A stretch of DNA of 59,855 bases, counting the filler. It is 9 parts of 9 records of this genome, joined end to end, with 100 filler letters (N's around TTAATTAATTAA, not from the genome) between each part and the next. Parts side by side here need not be neighbours in the genome. Positions count along the whole stretch, not along the records: positions 27,401 to 32,904 come from SRR31147125_102979; positions 33,005 to 39,130 come from SRR31147125_103068; positions 39,231 to 45,257 come from SRR31147125_103125; 6 more parts are not named here. The stretch is one strand, 5' to 3'. The translations under genes and the position numbers were made by a program. Positions 32,171-42,400 of this stretch are shown here, piece by piece. A model generated the notes under the pieces. It was not told the DNA's origin. It made no database searches and saw only the letters and a program-made list of their open reading frames with translations. Position 1 is the first letter of the stretch; each line of letters starts with the position of its first letter.

Positions 32171-32904
32171 TGGGACATCATCCCACACCGCTTCACCAAA
32201 AGTTTTGGACCCCCGGCGTCATGGTTCTTCTGGCCTTTATGACTGCCGGAGCCGTGGCCATTTTTTTTCGTTTCACCGCAGGGATCGGGTATGTGAGCCA
32301 TCTCTCCACAGCCCGGCCATGGGGGCTCTGGGTGGGTGTGGATGTGGCCACCGGCGTCGCCTTGGCCGCCGGCGGATTCACTACGGCATTTCTGGCACAC
32401 ATTCTGGGCCGTCACCACTTTGAACCGGTGACCCGGCCCGCGCTTCTCACCGCCATGCTGGGGTACACCTTTGTGGTATTGGGCCTTCTGGTGGATATCG
32501 GTCGATCCTGGGCCATCTGGAAGCCCATGTTCAATTGGAATCCCAATTCCGCCCTGTTTGAGGTGGCCATGTGCGTCATGTTCTATCTCAATGTGCTCTA
32601 CGTTGAATTCATTCCCATTGTAACTGAGCAATTCAAGGACAACGTCAAGCTTCCGGGCCCCTTTAGCGCACTCAACGAAGTGGTTGAAATATTGTTAACC
32701 ATGGCCCACGCCATTCTGGACAAAGTGATGTGGATCTTTGTCATTGCCGGTGTGGTGCTTTCATGCATGCATCAATCGAGCCTCGGAACGCTGATGCTGG
32801 TGGCGCCCACCAAAATCCACCCCTTGTGGTATACGCCCATTCTCCCGCTACTCTTTCTCACCTCGGCCTTTGCCGTGGGATATCCCATGGTGGTCTTTGA
32901 AACC
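32170..32904 (+). CDS. NrfD/PsrC-family membrane subunit, HmcC/HybB-like, 3' partial
   Basis: PWGLWVGVDVATGVALAAGGF, VDIGRSW, SALFEVAMC and SCMHQSSLG motifs. Confidence 0.9.
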
Positions 32905-33004
32905 NNNNNNNNNNNNNNNNNNNNNNNNNNNNNNNNNNNNNNNNNNNNTTAATTAATTAANNNNNNNNNNNNNNNNNNNNNNNNNNNNNNNNNNNNNNNN
33001 NNNN

Positions 33005-33555
33005 CAGCAGCCGCTATTCCTATATCGCCGGCATTGCCCACATTCCCGAAGATCGTAAAACCATCGGCATCGCTCCCGATATGAGTGTTGACGAAAACCT
33101 GATCATGAAAAGCTTCAAGAGCGGTTCTTTCCGTCACTGGATCTTTCAGGATAAAAAAGCGATTCGGCGGAACGCGGAAGAAAAAATTGAGCAGTTTGCC
33201 ATTAAGACCGGCCCCGACGGCACTCCAGTCCGTTACCTGTCCGGCGGCAACATCCAGAAGGTCATCATCGCCCGGGAGCTGTCGGAAGAACCGGCCGTTC
33301 TGGTTGCCCTCTACCCGACCCAGCGGGCTCGACATTGGCAGCGCTGAGTATGTTCATAAAGTCATTGCCGACGGGGCAGATCGCGGGATGAGCACCATTC
33401 TGATCGCGGAAGACCTGGACGAACTGCTGAAACTCAGCGACCGGATTGCGGTCATGTTCCGCGGCCGCCTGATCGGCTATGTCGACCCGCAGAACACCAC
33501 GCGAGAAGAGATCGGCCTGATGATGAGTGGTGAGACTCAGGGGAGCCGTGCATGA
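33005..33555 (+). CDS. CUT2-type ABC transporter ATP-binding protein, C-terminal part (frameshift near 33320)
   Basis: YIAGIAHIPEDR...LSGGNIQKVIIAREL...GLDIGS...EDLDELLKLSDRIAVMFRG...EIGLMM. Confidence 0.85.
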
Positions 33556-34622
33556 AGGTTGTGATTGAAAAACGCGAAATATCTTCGCAGCTGTTCCGCT
33601 TCATGGCCCCCATTGTTTCTATTGCGATTGCGCTCTTCATCGCCGGATTTCTTCTTCTGGCCAGCGGTGTCAATCCGATGGATGCCTACCGTGAAATTAT
33701 TGTCGAGTCGCTCGGTTCGGTGTATGGGCTTTCAGAAACGCTGGTCAAAACGACACCGCTCATTTTTGCCGGTCTCGGAGTCAGCCTCGCGTTCCGTATG
33801 CAGATCTGGAACATCGGAGCCGAAGGACAAATCTACATGGGTGCAATGGGAGCCTCCTGGGTGGCCCTGTTCTCTGGCATTGAAAACCACTGGCTGATGC
33901 TCAGCGCCATGTTTGCCGCCGCCTTTCTCTTTGGTGGATGTTGGGCCGGAATCGCGGGATTCTTGCGAGCGCGCTGGCGGGTCAATGAAATCATCGTCAC
34001 CCTGCTGATGAACTACATCGCCATCCTCTGGGTCGACTACCTGGTCTATGGTCCATGGAAAGACCCGAAAGGCTTCAACTTCCCCCTGACCGCCCAGTTT
34101 ATAGATGCCGCACGCTTCACCGAATACTTCAACACCCGGCTCCACAGCGGATTTTTTCTGGCTCTCTTCTGCGCTTTGATCCTCTACCTGTTTATGGAGC
34201 GGACGGTCTGGGGCTATGAAATCAAGGTCATCGGCAGCAATCCGAAAGCGGCACAATACGCTGGAATGCGGACTGGTGTTGCCATCTTCGCCGTTCTCTT
34301 TTTAAGTGGAGCGATTGCCGGGGTTGCCGGTTTCAGTGAAGTCGCCGGCTTACAGCACCGCCTGCAGCACGGCATCTCCCCCGGCTACGGCTACACGGCG
34401 ATTATCATCGCATGGCTGGCCAAACGCAGCGCGATCGGTGTCGTTATTGTTTCATTTCTGCTCGGGATCCTGCTGGTTGGGGGCGAGAGCCTGCAATTGA
34501 TGTGGCAGCTTCCAGTTGCGTTCGTCTACGCCTTCCAGGGCTTGATCCTGTTCTTCCTGCTGGCGTCAGATTTCTTTATCATCTATCGGCCGAAACTGGT
34601 GCGGAGGGTCCGTCATGCTTGA
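33552..34622 (+). CDS. Nucleoside/purine ABC transporter permease
   Basis: WNIGAEGQ, VNEIIVTLLMNY, GSNPKAAQYAG and GYGYTAIIIAWL motifs. Confidence 0.9.
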   Translation: MKVVIEKREISSQLFRFMAPIVSIAIALFIAGFLLLASGVNPMDAYREIIVESLGSVYGLSETLVKTTPLIFAGLGVSLAFRMQIWNIGAEGQIYMGAMGASWVALFSGIENHWLMLSAMFAAAFLFGGCWAGIAGFLRARWRVNEIIVTLLMNYIAILWVDYLVYGPWKDPKGFNFPLTAQFIDAARFTEYFNTRLHSGFFLALFCALILYLFMERTVWGYEIKVIGSNPKAAQYAGMRTGVAIFAVLFLSGAIAGVAGFSEVAGLQHRLQHGISPGYGYTAIIIAWLAKRSAIGVVIVSFLLGILLVGGESLQLMWQLPVAFVYAFQGLILFFLLASDFFIIYRPKLVRRVRHA

Positions 34623-35535
34623 AATTCTTCTCGACGCCACTGTCCGTGCCGGGACACCGATCCTGTTTGCCACCCTCGGTGCGATCCTTAACGAGCGCTC
34701 GGGCATTATCAATCTCGGCATTGAAGGGCTGATGCTGATCGGAGCCCTGGCTGGTTTCGCCGGGACCTATATGAGCGGATCACTGTTTGTCGGTGTCCTG
34801 CTCGCTTTCTGTGCGACCTTTGTTGCTGGAAGCATCCATGCCCTGATTACCGTCCAACTGCGCGGCAATCAGATCGTCAGCGGGCTGGCGATGACCATGT
34901 TCGGCATCGGCATTACCGCCCTGTTCGGCAAATCCATGGTCGGCCTGACGATTAACGGATTCACCCGGATCGCAATTCCCGGTCTCAGCCAGATCCCGAT
35001 CATCGGCAAGGCATTTTTCAATCAGGACATTCTGATCTACTTCAGCTTTCTCCTCGTCTACCTGGTCTGGTTCTTCTTCTACCGGACCCGCTGGGGGATG
35101 GGCATGAGAACCATGGGTGAAAACCCGGCAGCCGCTGACACCTGCGGTCTGTCCGTCAGCAAGTACCGTTTTCTTGCGGTCACCATCGGCTCCGGCTTTG
35201 TCGGCATCGGCGGGGCATACCTGAGCCTTGCCATCACCCCGATGTGGATCGAAAACATGTCAGCCGGACGCGGATGGATCGCCGTTGCTCTGGTCATCTT
35301 TGCTGGCTGGTCGAGTCCACGAGCAATGTTCGGCGCTTATCTGTTCGGTGGCATTACCGCCATGCAGCTGCGTTTTCAGGCCATGGGAACAACCGTCAGC
35401 GCGCATATTCTGCAAATGCTTCCCTATTTTTTCACCATTCTGGTTCTGGTTGTCTCGACCCTGCGCCTTCAGAAAGGGAGCAGCCAGCAACCTGAGAGCC
35501 TCGGATTGCCCTACGACAGAGAGGACCGCAAATGA
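34615..35535 (+). CDS. Nucleoside/purine ABC transporter permease
   Basis: ERSGIINLGIEGLML, GENPAAADT.G and GRGWIAVALVIF motifs. Confidence 0.9.
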   Translation: MLEILLDATVRAGTPILFATLGAILNERSGIINLGIEGLMLIGALAGFAGTYMSGSLFVGVLLAFCATFVAGSIHALITVQLRGNQIVSGLAMTMFGIGITALFGKSMVGLTINGFTRIAIPGLSQIPIIGKAFFNQDILIYFSFLLVYLVWFFFYRTRWGMGMRTMGENPAAADTCGLSVSKYRFLAVTIGSGFVGIGGAYLSLAITPMWIENMSAGRGWIAVALVIFAGWSSPRAMFGAYLFGGITAMQLRFQAMGTTVSAHILQMLPYFFTILVLVVSTLRLQKGSSQQPESLGLPYDREDRK

Positions 35536-36059
35536 ATGCTGCCACTGTCCTGCTGGACCGGATCCGCAAGGAAGGCGCCATTAACGGCGAGGTCATCAAG
35601 GTGGATCGATTTCTCAATCACATGGTCGACCCGCAACTGTTTGATATCATGGCAGAGGATATCGCGGAACGCTTTAAATATCAGGACATCTCTCTTATCC
35701 TGACCGCAGAGACAAGCGGTATCATGCTCGCCATGGTCGTCGCGACTAAACTTGGCGTGCCCTTCGTCTATGCCAAGAAAAAACGCCCGATCACCATGCC
35801 CGATTACTTTGCTGCAGCCAGCTATTCTTTCACCAAACAGGAATCAACAACGCTCTATGTTTCAAGCGAAGCGATGACAGCGAAAGATCGTGTTCTTTTT
35901 ATCGATGATTTCTATGCTAAAGGATCAACTCTCAAGGCAGTGGAAGAGATTGTCTCCCAATCCGGAGCGACGCTCGTCGGTACCGCTGTCATCATAAACA
36001 AGTCTGACCGTCGTGACATTGAGTCGATTCTCACCATGGATGACTTAAAAAGCATATAG
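35532..36059 (+). CDS. xpt: Xanthine phosphoribosyltransferase
   Basis: IKVDRFLNHMVD, LTAETSGI, SFTKQ and VLFIDDF motifs. Confidence 0.88.
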   Translation: MNAATVLLDRIRKEGAINGEVIKVDRFLNHMVDPQLFDIMAEDIAERFKYQDISLILTAETSGIMLAMVVATKLGVPFVYAKKKRPITMPDYFAAASYSFTKQESTTLYVSSEAMTAKDRVLFIDDFYAKGSTLKAVEEIVSQSGATLVGTAVIINKSDRRDIESILTMDDLKSI

Positions 36060-36158
36060 ATAGTAAACCCGTCCGACAGCTCCTCTTATTTTTTATCTAT
36101 TATTTTTCTCATCTTCAAAAACCATAGAATGGACCGTCAAGAAAAACGCCAGCAGAAC

Positions 36159-36187
36159 TTGACTTGCGAGCCTCGATGCATTACATT
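36159..36187 (+). promoter_or_regulatory. Candidate sigma70 promoter
   Basis: TTGACT-N17-TACATT upstream of the small ORF. Confidence 0.5.
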
Positions 36188-36220
36188 GTATATACATTTG
36201 ATGTGCAAGAGGAGGGCTTC

Positions 36221-36436
36221 ATGGAATTATTTTTAATTTGCGTATGGTATGTGTCCGGAGTTATCTCTCTGGTCGCGCTGCTTAAAATTAGCAAGAAACC
36301 AGTAAAGGGTAACGTAACTCTCATCTTTCTAGGGTCACTACTGGGACCAGTAAGCCTTTTAATCGGATTACTTCTGAAGGAAGTTCCATCAGGGAGAGCG
36401 AAGCTTGACGTTCCTCAGGAGGAATCTGTCTTCTGA
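36221..36436 (+). CDS. Small hypothetical membrane protein (71 aa)
   Basis: AGGAGG Shine-Dalgarno; two hydrophobic segments (...GSLLGPVSLLIGLLL). Confidence 0.6.
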   Translation: MELFLICVWYVSGVISLVALLKISKKPVKGNVTLIFLGSLLGPVSLLIGLLLKEVPSGRAKLDVPQEESVF

Positions 36437-36470
36437 AGAAGATAACGATCGGAAAGTTTTTCCTTCTCAC

Positions 36471-36504
36471 AAAAAAGCCCGACTTTTATCCAAAGTCGGG
36501 CTTT
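36471..36504. terminator. Terminator between convergent genes
   Basis: AAAGCCCGACTTT-TATCC-AAAGTCGGGCTTT hairpin; T6 tail on the minus strand. Confidence 0.8.
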
Positions 36505-36525
36505 ATAATTTGCTGATTTCGGCGC

Positions 36526-37755
36526 TTACTTCGCGCTGACCTCTTTGACCATCTGCGCCAGCTTCTGACTCTGCTGCAGAGCCAGGTCAAGCTCGGTCTG
36601 GGTCGGCGCTCCCATCCATTCGATCGGCTCGACAAACTCCCACTTCAGCTTTTCCGTCAAATGATCCAGCTCACGCTGGGCACCTCCGGACCAGGCCGCT
36701 GAGCCGAAACGCAAGACTTTCTTGTTCCAGATCTTTTTGCGGCGGAACATATCCAGAACCCAAGCCATCGGTGGGAACATCTCGTACTCGTAAGTCGGCA
36801 TTCCGAGAATCAGACCGGTCGATTTCCAGGCTGAGGCAAGAATCTCACCGACATGAACATCAGGGACCCGGAAAACATGAACCGGAAGGCCTTCCTTACG
36901 TACGCCCTGAACAATGTTGTTGACCAGTTTTTCCGTGTTCCCGTACATGCTCGACCAGATGACGGTGACCTCCGGCTCAGCGGGGCCCTCCAAATAACTG
37001 GCGAAACGGCTGTAAGAATCAATGATCGCCTGAGGATTTTCGCGCCAGATAATACCATGAGAGGGGGCAATCACCTTGACGTCCAAAGCGGATAGTTTAG
37101 AGATCCCCTTGGCAACGAAGGTGGAAAAGCTGGAAACAATATTGGCATAATAGCGCAACGCTTCGTCACTGAAAAATTTGTGCTGCTCAGTCGAAAGCTG
37201 GTCGTCAAAATAGACGCCGTCAAGAGTGCCGTAAGAACCGAATGCGTCGCAGGAAATAAGTACGCCGCTGCTCTCTTCGTAGGTCATCATCGTCTCGGGC
37301 CAGTGGATGTTCGGTGTTTCGTAGAAACGCAGAACCTTGCCGCCGCCGAGGTCGAGGCGGTCACCATCATGAACGATGTTGACATTTTCGGTGATCCCGA
37401 AAAAAGACTTCAGCAGTGGAACAGTTTTCTTATTGACGTAGAACTGAACGTTTGGATTACGCTTGTGGAACTCAATCAGCCAGCTGGTGTGGTCCGGTTC
37501 CATATGGTTGATAACAACAAGGTCGATATCTTCCGGTTTAAGCGCCAGTGAATCGAGCTCCTTCATGAAATCGGCGGGGATGTTGCCGGTATCCTCAACC
37601 AGATCAATCAGAGCTGTTTTTTCACCCTGAATCACATAGGAGTTGATCGAGATCCCATTCGGCATCGGCCACATGCCCTCAAAAAGCTGGCAGCTTTCAA
37701 GGTTAACTGGCAAACAATAAATTCCATCCGTAATCTGTACAGCCTTCATCAACAA
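36526..37755 (-). CDS. fprA: Flavodiiron protein (A-type flavoprotein)
   Basis: NHMEPDH, HWPETM, SCDAFG and APSHG motifs; flavodoxin SMYGNT. Confidence 0.92.
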   Translation of the reverse strand: MLMKAVQITDGIYCLPVNLESCQLFEGMWPMPNGISINSYVIQGEKTALIDLVEDTGNIPADFMKELDSLALKPEDIDLVVINHMEPDHTSWLIEFHKRNPNVQFYVNKKTVPLLKSFFGITENVNIVHDGDRLDLGGGKVLRFYETPNIHWPETMMTYEESSGVLISCDAFGSYGTLDGVYFDDQLSTEQHKFFSDEALRYYANIVSSFSTFVAKGISKLSALDVKVIAPSHGIIWRENPQAIIDSYSRFASYLEGPAEPEVTVIWSSMYGNTEKLVNNIVQGVRKEGLPVHVFRVPDVHVGEILASAWKSTGLILGMPTYEYEMFPPMAWVLDMFRRKKIWNKKVLRFGSAAWSGGAQRELDHLTEKLKWEFVEPIEWMGAPTQTELDLALQQSQKLAQMVKEVSAK

Positions 37756-37798
37756 TATCCCTCTTCTCTTCCTTAGTTGTCAAAAGTTCCCCCCCATA

Positions 37799-38692
37799 TC
37801 AGGGGTCATCACAGGTCGTTTTCTGCTGATCAAAATCCGCTATCAGACAATCAAGTGTCTGAGCAATCGTTTTTCTGTATGGCTCCAGATCCGCCAGAGT
37901 TTTCAAGTCCTGCAGTGATTCCGGGATCGCCCTGTCAAAAGGAATCTGACCGATCACCGTTGCATCAAATTCACGCACAGATGCGCGTATCCGGTGGTCG
38001 ATCTCCGAACTGAATCCTGCTTTATTAATCAACACATAGTGGGGAATAGAGAACTTTCCAATCAGCTCGGCCAGGCGACGGTAATCCGACAGCCCTGAGA
38101 GGCTTTCTTCAACAACCGCGAGAACAAGATCGGTCCCCGTGATCGACGAGATTGCCTGGCAACTGGTCCCCGGTGGACCGTCAATAATAATGTAAGGAAT
38201 CTCCTGATCTTTTGCAACCTCCGAGGCCTGATTTCTGACCTTGGTAATCAATTTTCCGCTGTTATCTTCTCCGGGAACCAGGTCAGCATGAACCAGATAA
38301 CCATTGTCCAGAGAACTGACAAACCATTCACCGCTGACACGCGGAACCATACTGATCGCATTCACTGGACACGAAAATGCGCAGGACGCACAACCTTCAC
38401 AATCGGGTTCAATCCAGACCGAACCAGAGTCATCACGTGAGACGGCATCGAAATGACAGGCCTCCGCGCAAATCGTACAGCCATTGCATACCTGCCGATC
38501 AATAAAAGCAACATCCATACCGTTATAGGGCTCTTTGGTTTTTATTTCATGAGGCAGCAACAAGGGGAGATTAGAGGCATTGACATCAGCATCGACTGCA
38601 ACCACAGACGACAGCATCTGAATCAATGCCGCTGTGACGGAGGTCTTTCCAGCCCCGCCCTTACCACTGAGAACCGTAATCTGACGAGTCAT
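37799..38692 (-). CDS. MinD-superfamily P-loop ATPase with inserted ferredoxin domain
   Basis: SGKGGAGKT, DADV, two CxxCxxC motifs, GEDNSGKL, DGPPG. Confidence 0.88.
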   Translation of the reverse strand: MTRQITVLSGKGGAGKTSVTAALIQMLSSVVAVDADVNASNLPLLLPHEIKTKEPYNGMDVAFIDRQVCNGCTICAEACHFDAVSRDDSGSVWIEPDCEGCASCAFSCPVNAISMVPRVSGEWFVSSLDNGYLVHADLVPGEDNSGKLITKVRNQASEVAKDQEIPYIIIDGPPGTSCQAISSITGTDLVLAVVEESLSGLSDYRRLAELIGKFSIPHYVLINKAGFSSEIDHRIRASVREFDATVIGQIPFDRAIPESLQDLKTLADLEPYRKTIAQTLDCLIADFDQQKTTCDDP

Positions 38693-39130
38693 AAACGATC
38701 AATCTCCTCTCCGACAACACGTTCAAGAGCTGAGAAAAGATCTTGAAATTGATGGCTGAGAACGGCCCCTTGAAGGCTGGCTTTGTGGTAAGCCTCATTG
38801 AGCGGGACAACATATGAATATTTTTTACTCCGCCCCTGAAAACAGCTGTCTACTTTTTCGTCACTCATCGCTTTGTTGACAATGATGATGTAGTGCTTCT
38901 CCATCTGCACCAGAATCTGCTCCGTCTGGGCCATATCGTGCAAACCAAAAGGCGTCGGCTCAACGACCAGAACAACCAGATCGGCTGGTTTGATTGCTGC
39001 GACTGCCGCACAGGAATTTCCGGGCGGACCGTCAATCACAACAGATTTTCCGGGCTCAATCGACGACACCAGCTGACTGATCAGATAAGTGCCCCGCGTC
39101 GATCCGATCTTCAGGTCACCCACGTGAACC
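38689..39130 (-). CDS. Paralogous MinD-superfamily P-loop ATPase, 5' partial
   Basis: IDGPPGNSC and VEPTPFGLHD motifs. Confidence 0.85.
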
Positions 39131-39404
39131 NNNNNNNNNNNNNNNNNNNNNNNNNNNNNNNNNNNNNNNNNNNNTTAATTAATTAANNNNNNNNNNNNNN
39201 NNNNNNNNNNNNNNNNNNNNNNNNNNNNNNCCCCCCCATCAACCCATCTTATCCTGATGAGGGGCCAACACACACACACTCATGGTGTCAACATGCTCGG
39301 GAGTGTGGATCAGACGCCCATGATGATCAAGTGATCGCGAGGGGTTACGTGACGCGTCTTCCCCTTGACAGTGTATTGCTCCCCGTAAACAGCAAACCAC
39401 ATTC

Positions 39405-42400
39405 TCAACGCCTTATCAATTTGGCGTAGCGAATGGCCATGAGCACGAAGAAGAGTGTGGCACACCATAAGAGCAGAAGCACTCCGATATCGGGCCAGAG
39501 ATGAGACTACATGCCGAGTCGTCATCCTCTTTCCCAGGACGCACCCCCGCACACGCACACACCTTTACCATGTCGTATTGACCTTCATAGATATCTTTCC
39601 CCTCACGAATGGGACAGTAGAACCTGAGATCATCCCCAACAAGTACGGGCACCCCCCCGTCTCGGTTGTCCGGCCCGCAGTTGAACTCTGCCCCATCGAG
39701 CTCATTAATAGTTGCTGCCTCCAATCCATATCGGATGAAGGATATGTGATAGATCCAGACAAAATAAGGGGGAATCTTCTCGCAATCGGATGAGCATGGA
39801 GTTGGTGACACAAACCCACAACCAACCCACATCTTTGCGGGGTAAAAGGAATCCATTGAAGAAATTGAGCAAATTGATGATGGTGGGAGCAATGGCTGCC
39901 GCTGCCTCTAGGGAGGGCGAGAGAACACCTACAAGTTGACAAAGTGCCTGCGAGTTGAAGGCAACGAGCTTTGAGGGGGTACGGCGGATCCGTCAGGATC
40001 CATCCCACTTGGGCACACCGCAAGAAGGACGTACGAGATACACCAAGCAGTAAATGAAGAAGGGCGATCCTCCTCGCGACGTGTTCAATCCTGTCAAAAA
40101 GTAGAACGGGACCACATCTGATGATGAAACAAGTGAGAAGGAGGAGACACGCCACACACCCAACACCCAACACCCAACACCACCGCACAAAGTGTGTGGG
40201 CAAATGCCTCAAAGGGCAACCCGGTCAACACAAGAGACGCTAGGTAGGCAACGCTTCGATAGGTATGAGAAGATCTCTCCCGGCAGTACCTACGAAAGAG
40301 AATGTGAACCAACCCACCATTCCCACCCCACCCCACCCTGAAGCGTACACGGCGCGGTCCTCAATAATAAAGGGAAGGACGTTAATGGATCCCACGGCTG
40401 CTAGGATAAGCGAAAAGAAGAATGCAGACACACGCAGTCTCGCCCCTTCTTGTGAATTGTCAATCTACATGATGCCTGTCTGTCAAACAGAGAAGGGGTA
40501 CAGAGCACCATGAAGCCACCTGATAGTAGAGCGTGCCGACCACAAACGCCATGAACAGAGAACGGGTGACTTGACTCCTGAAGAATCCCGGCCTTCGTAG
40601 AAATCCACGGAATCCCCGCTTGAAACACTGCTTCAGTTGTGTTTTCAGCGTCGTTGCGTAGGGAGAGTCAAACGTGGGGATATGGGCACGCAGTTCCTGG
40701 GGCATGATACCGCGGCTGACCGTTTCGTCTATTTCTCGTGCCATTCGCGACTTCTGATACTCCAACGGTGCATTAAACATTTGGCTGCGTCCTATTCCAG
40801 ATCCTGTGACCTCTAGTACAAAATCGGCAGGATTGCGATCCTTTGGGCACTCCAGGCCATGTGTGGAAAGATATCCCTGGGACATCAAACACATGAATAC
40901 GTGCGTGCTTTCTGCGGATTGAACACGGACCAGAAGTGACGAGAAGTTCTCTCCAACGGGTCCATTATACACGACTTGTCCTCTGTGTAACAGAAGCGCG
41001 GCATCAAACATACGGAATATACTTGTTGATGGCTGCTCTTGGTGGTAAGTGAGAGAGACATGAGGAGAGCAGTACCTGATGAATTGTGCAGATAACAGTC
41101 CTGCCCGTTCGTGACACCTTTTTCACAACCTTCATCACCTACACGGGGCTGGGTGGGCAGGCATCGATACATCCCCACACACCATCTCGGCTCCAGCCGT
41201 GTCCAGCCCCGTTGTAGGCTCGTCGAGGAAAAGGAGCTTGGGATCAGCCGCCAATTCCACTCTGGCAGGATGCATGTTTCGTATTCGCAGCACACACACA
41301 CACGCACACACACCCTATGGTCAACCGTTTGCGTTGCTCAACCGAAATTCCTCCCGTCTGGTGCGTCCCAATGACGTGATCGGCAATGAATTCCAGCTCC
41401 AGGATGCGAAGAACACCCGTGGCGAAGGTAAGCTTCCTCTCTTTGGGCCTAGAGTCGGAGCACGTCGTTTAGCACATAGCATCATCGTAAGTGAACAAGT
41501 ACATGGATTCGGGAAGACGACACATTGCTGAGAATTCAATCGCTTCTCGCACGGTCGTGGTTGACATGTGGATGTCCTGTTGCTCCACATCTGCAAAGAC
41601 AGGGCCCATCTATCATCTCATGAATCCCGCATTCCTCGTACGTACAGCCCGTGAATCGCGAAAAGGAATCATCAAGACGATTCCCATTCACCAAGATCTC
41701 CCCCGACGTTGTACCTCCCGTTTTACGACCCGCCAAGACATCCAGGAGAGTACTCTTCCCAGCACCAGAGGCTCCCATCAGAGCCAATAGGACACCTACA
41801 AAGCGTAAGGTTACGAACGGTGGGCGAACAGGGCGCGAGAGACACACCAGGTCGAACGAATCCTGTCACGTCGTCTAGGAGAAGCTTTTGGGACTTATCG
41901 CCTGATTCATTCTCAACCGCCACTACAAACAAGAGGTCGGCTGGAATCCGGGGGAGGCAACAAGCAGACCGACACGTACCCGAGTAGGAGAGGTGGTGGA
42001 ACGAAAGATACGCCCCTGTCAACGTCCCGCGCCGCGGTGAACTAATTTCTCCTTCCGTGGATTCATTGTCAGGTATTTCTTCTTCAGAGAGGAGCTGGTG
42101 CAATCCGCGTCAAACGGAAGAAGGCGGGCCAAGGAAGAAAGATTTCACACATACAGCCATCTCGACGGCCCACGTCTTTCGATCCACCAGAGGTTTGTGC
42201 TTGACAGTAACTTCCTGTTTGGGCCGGTGCTGTTGCCGGATGGACTGCATGGCAATGTACGTGGCTACAGCCATCACCAACCACCCTGTTCGTGTCCACA
42301 TGAAGTCAGTCGCCAATATACGTGCGAGGTGACGTACACAATGCGCTAAGTCCCACGACGAGCCACATGCGACGGGTTGTTGCGACCACATCAAAGCGAT

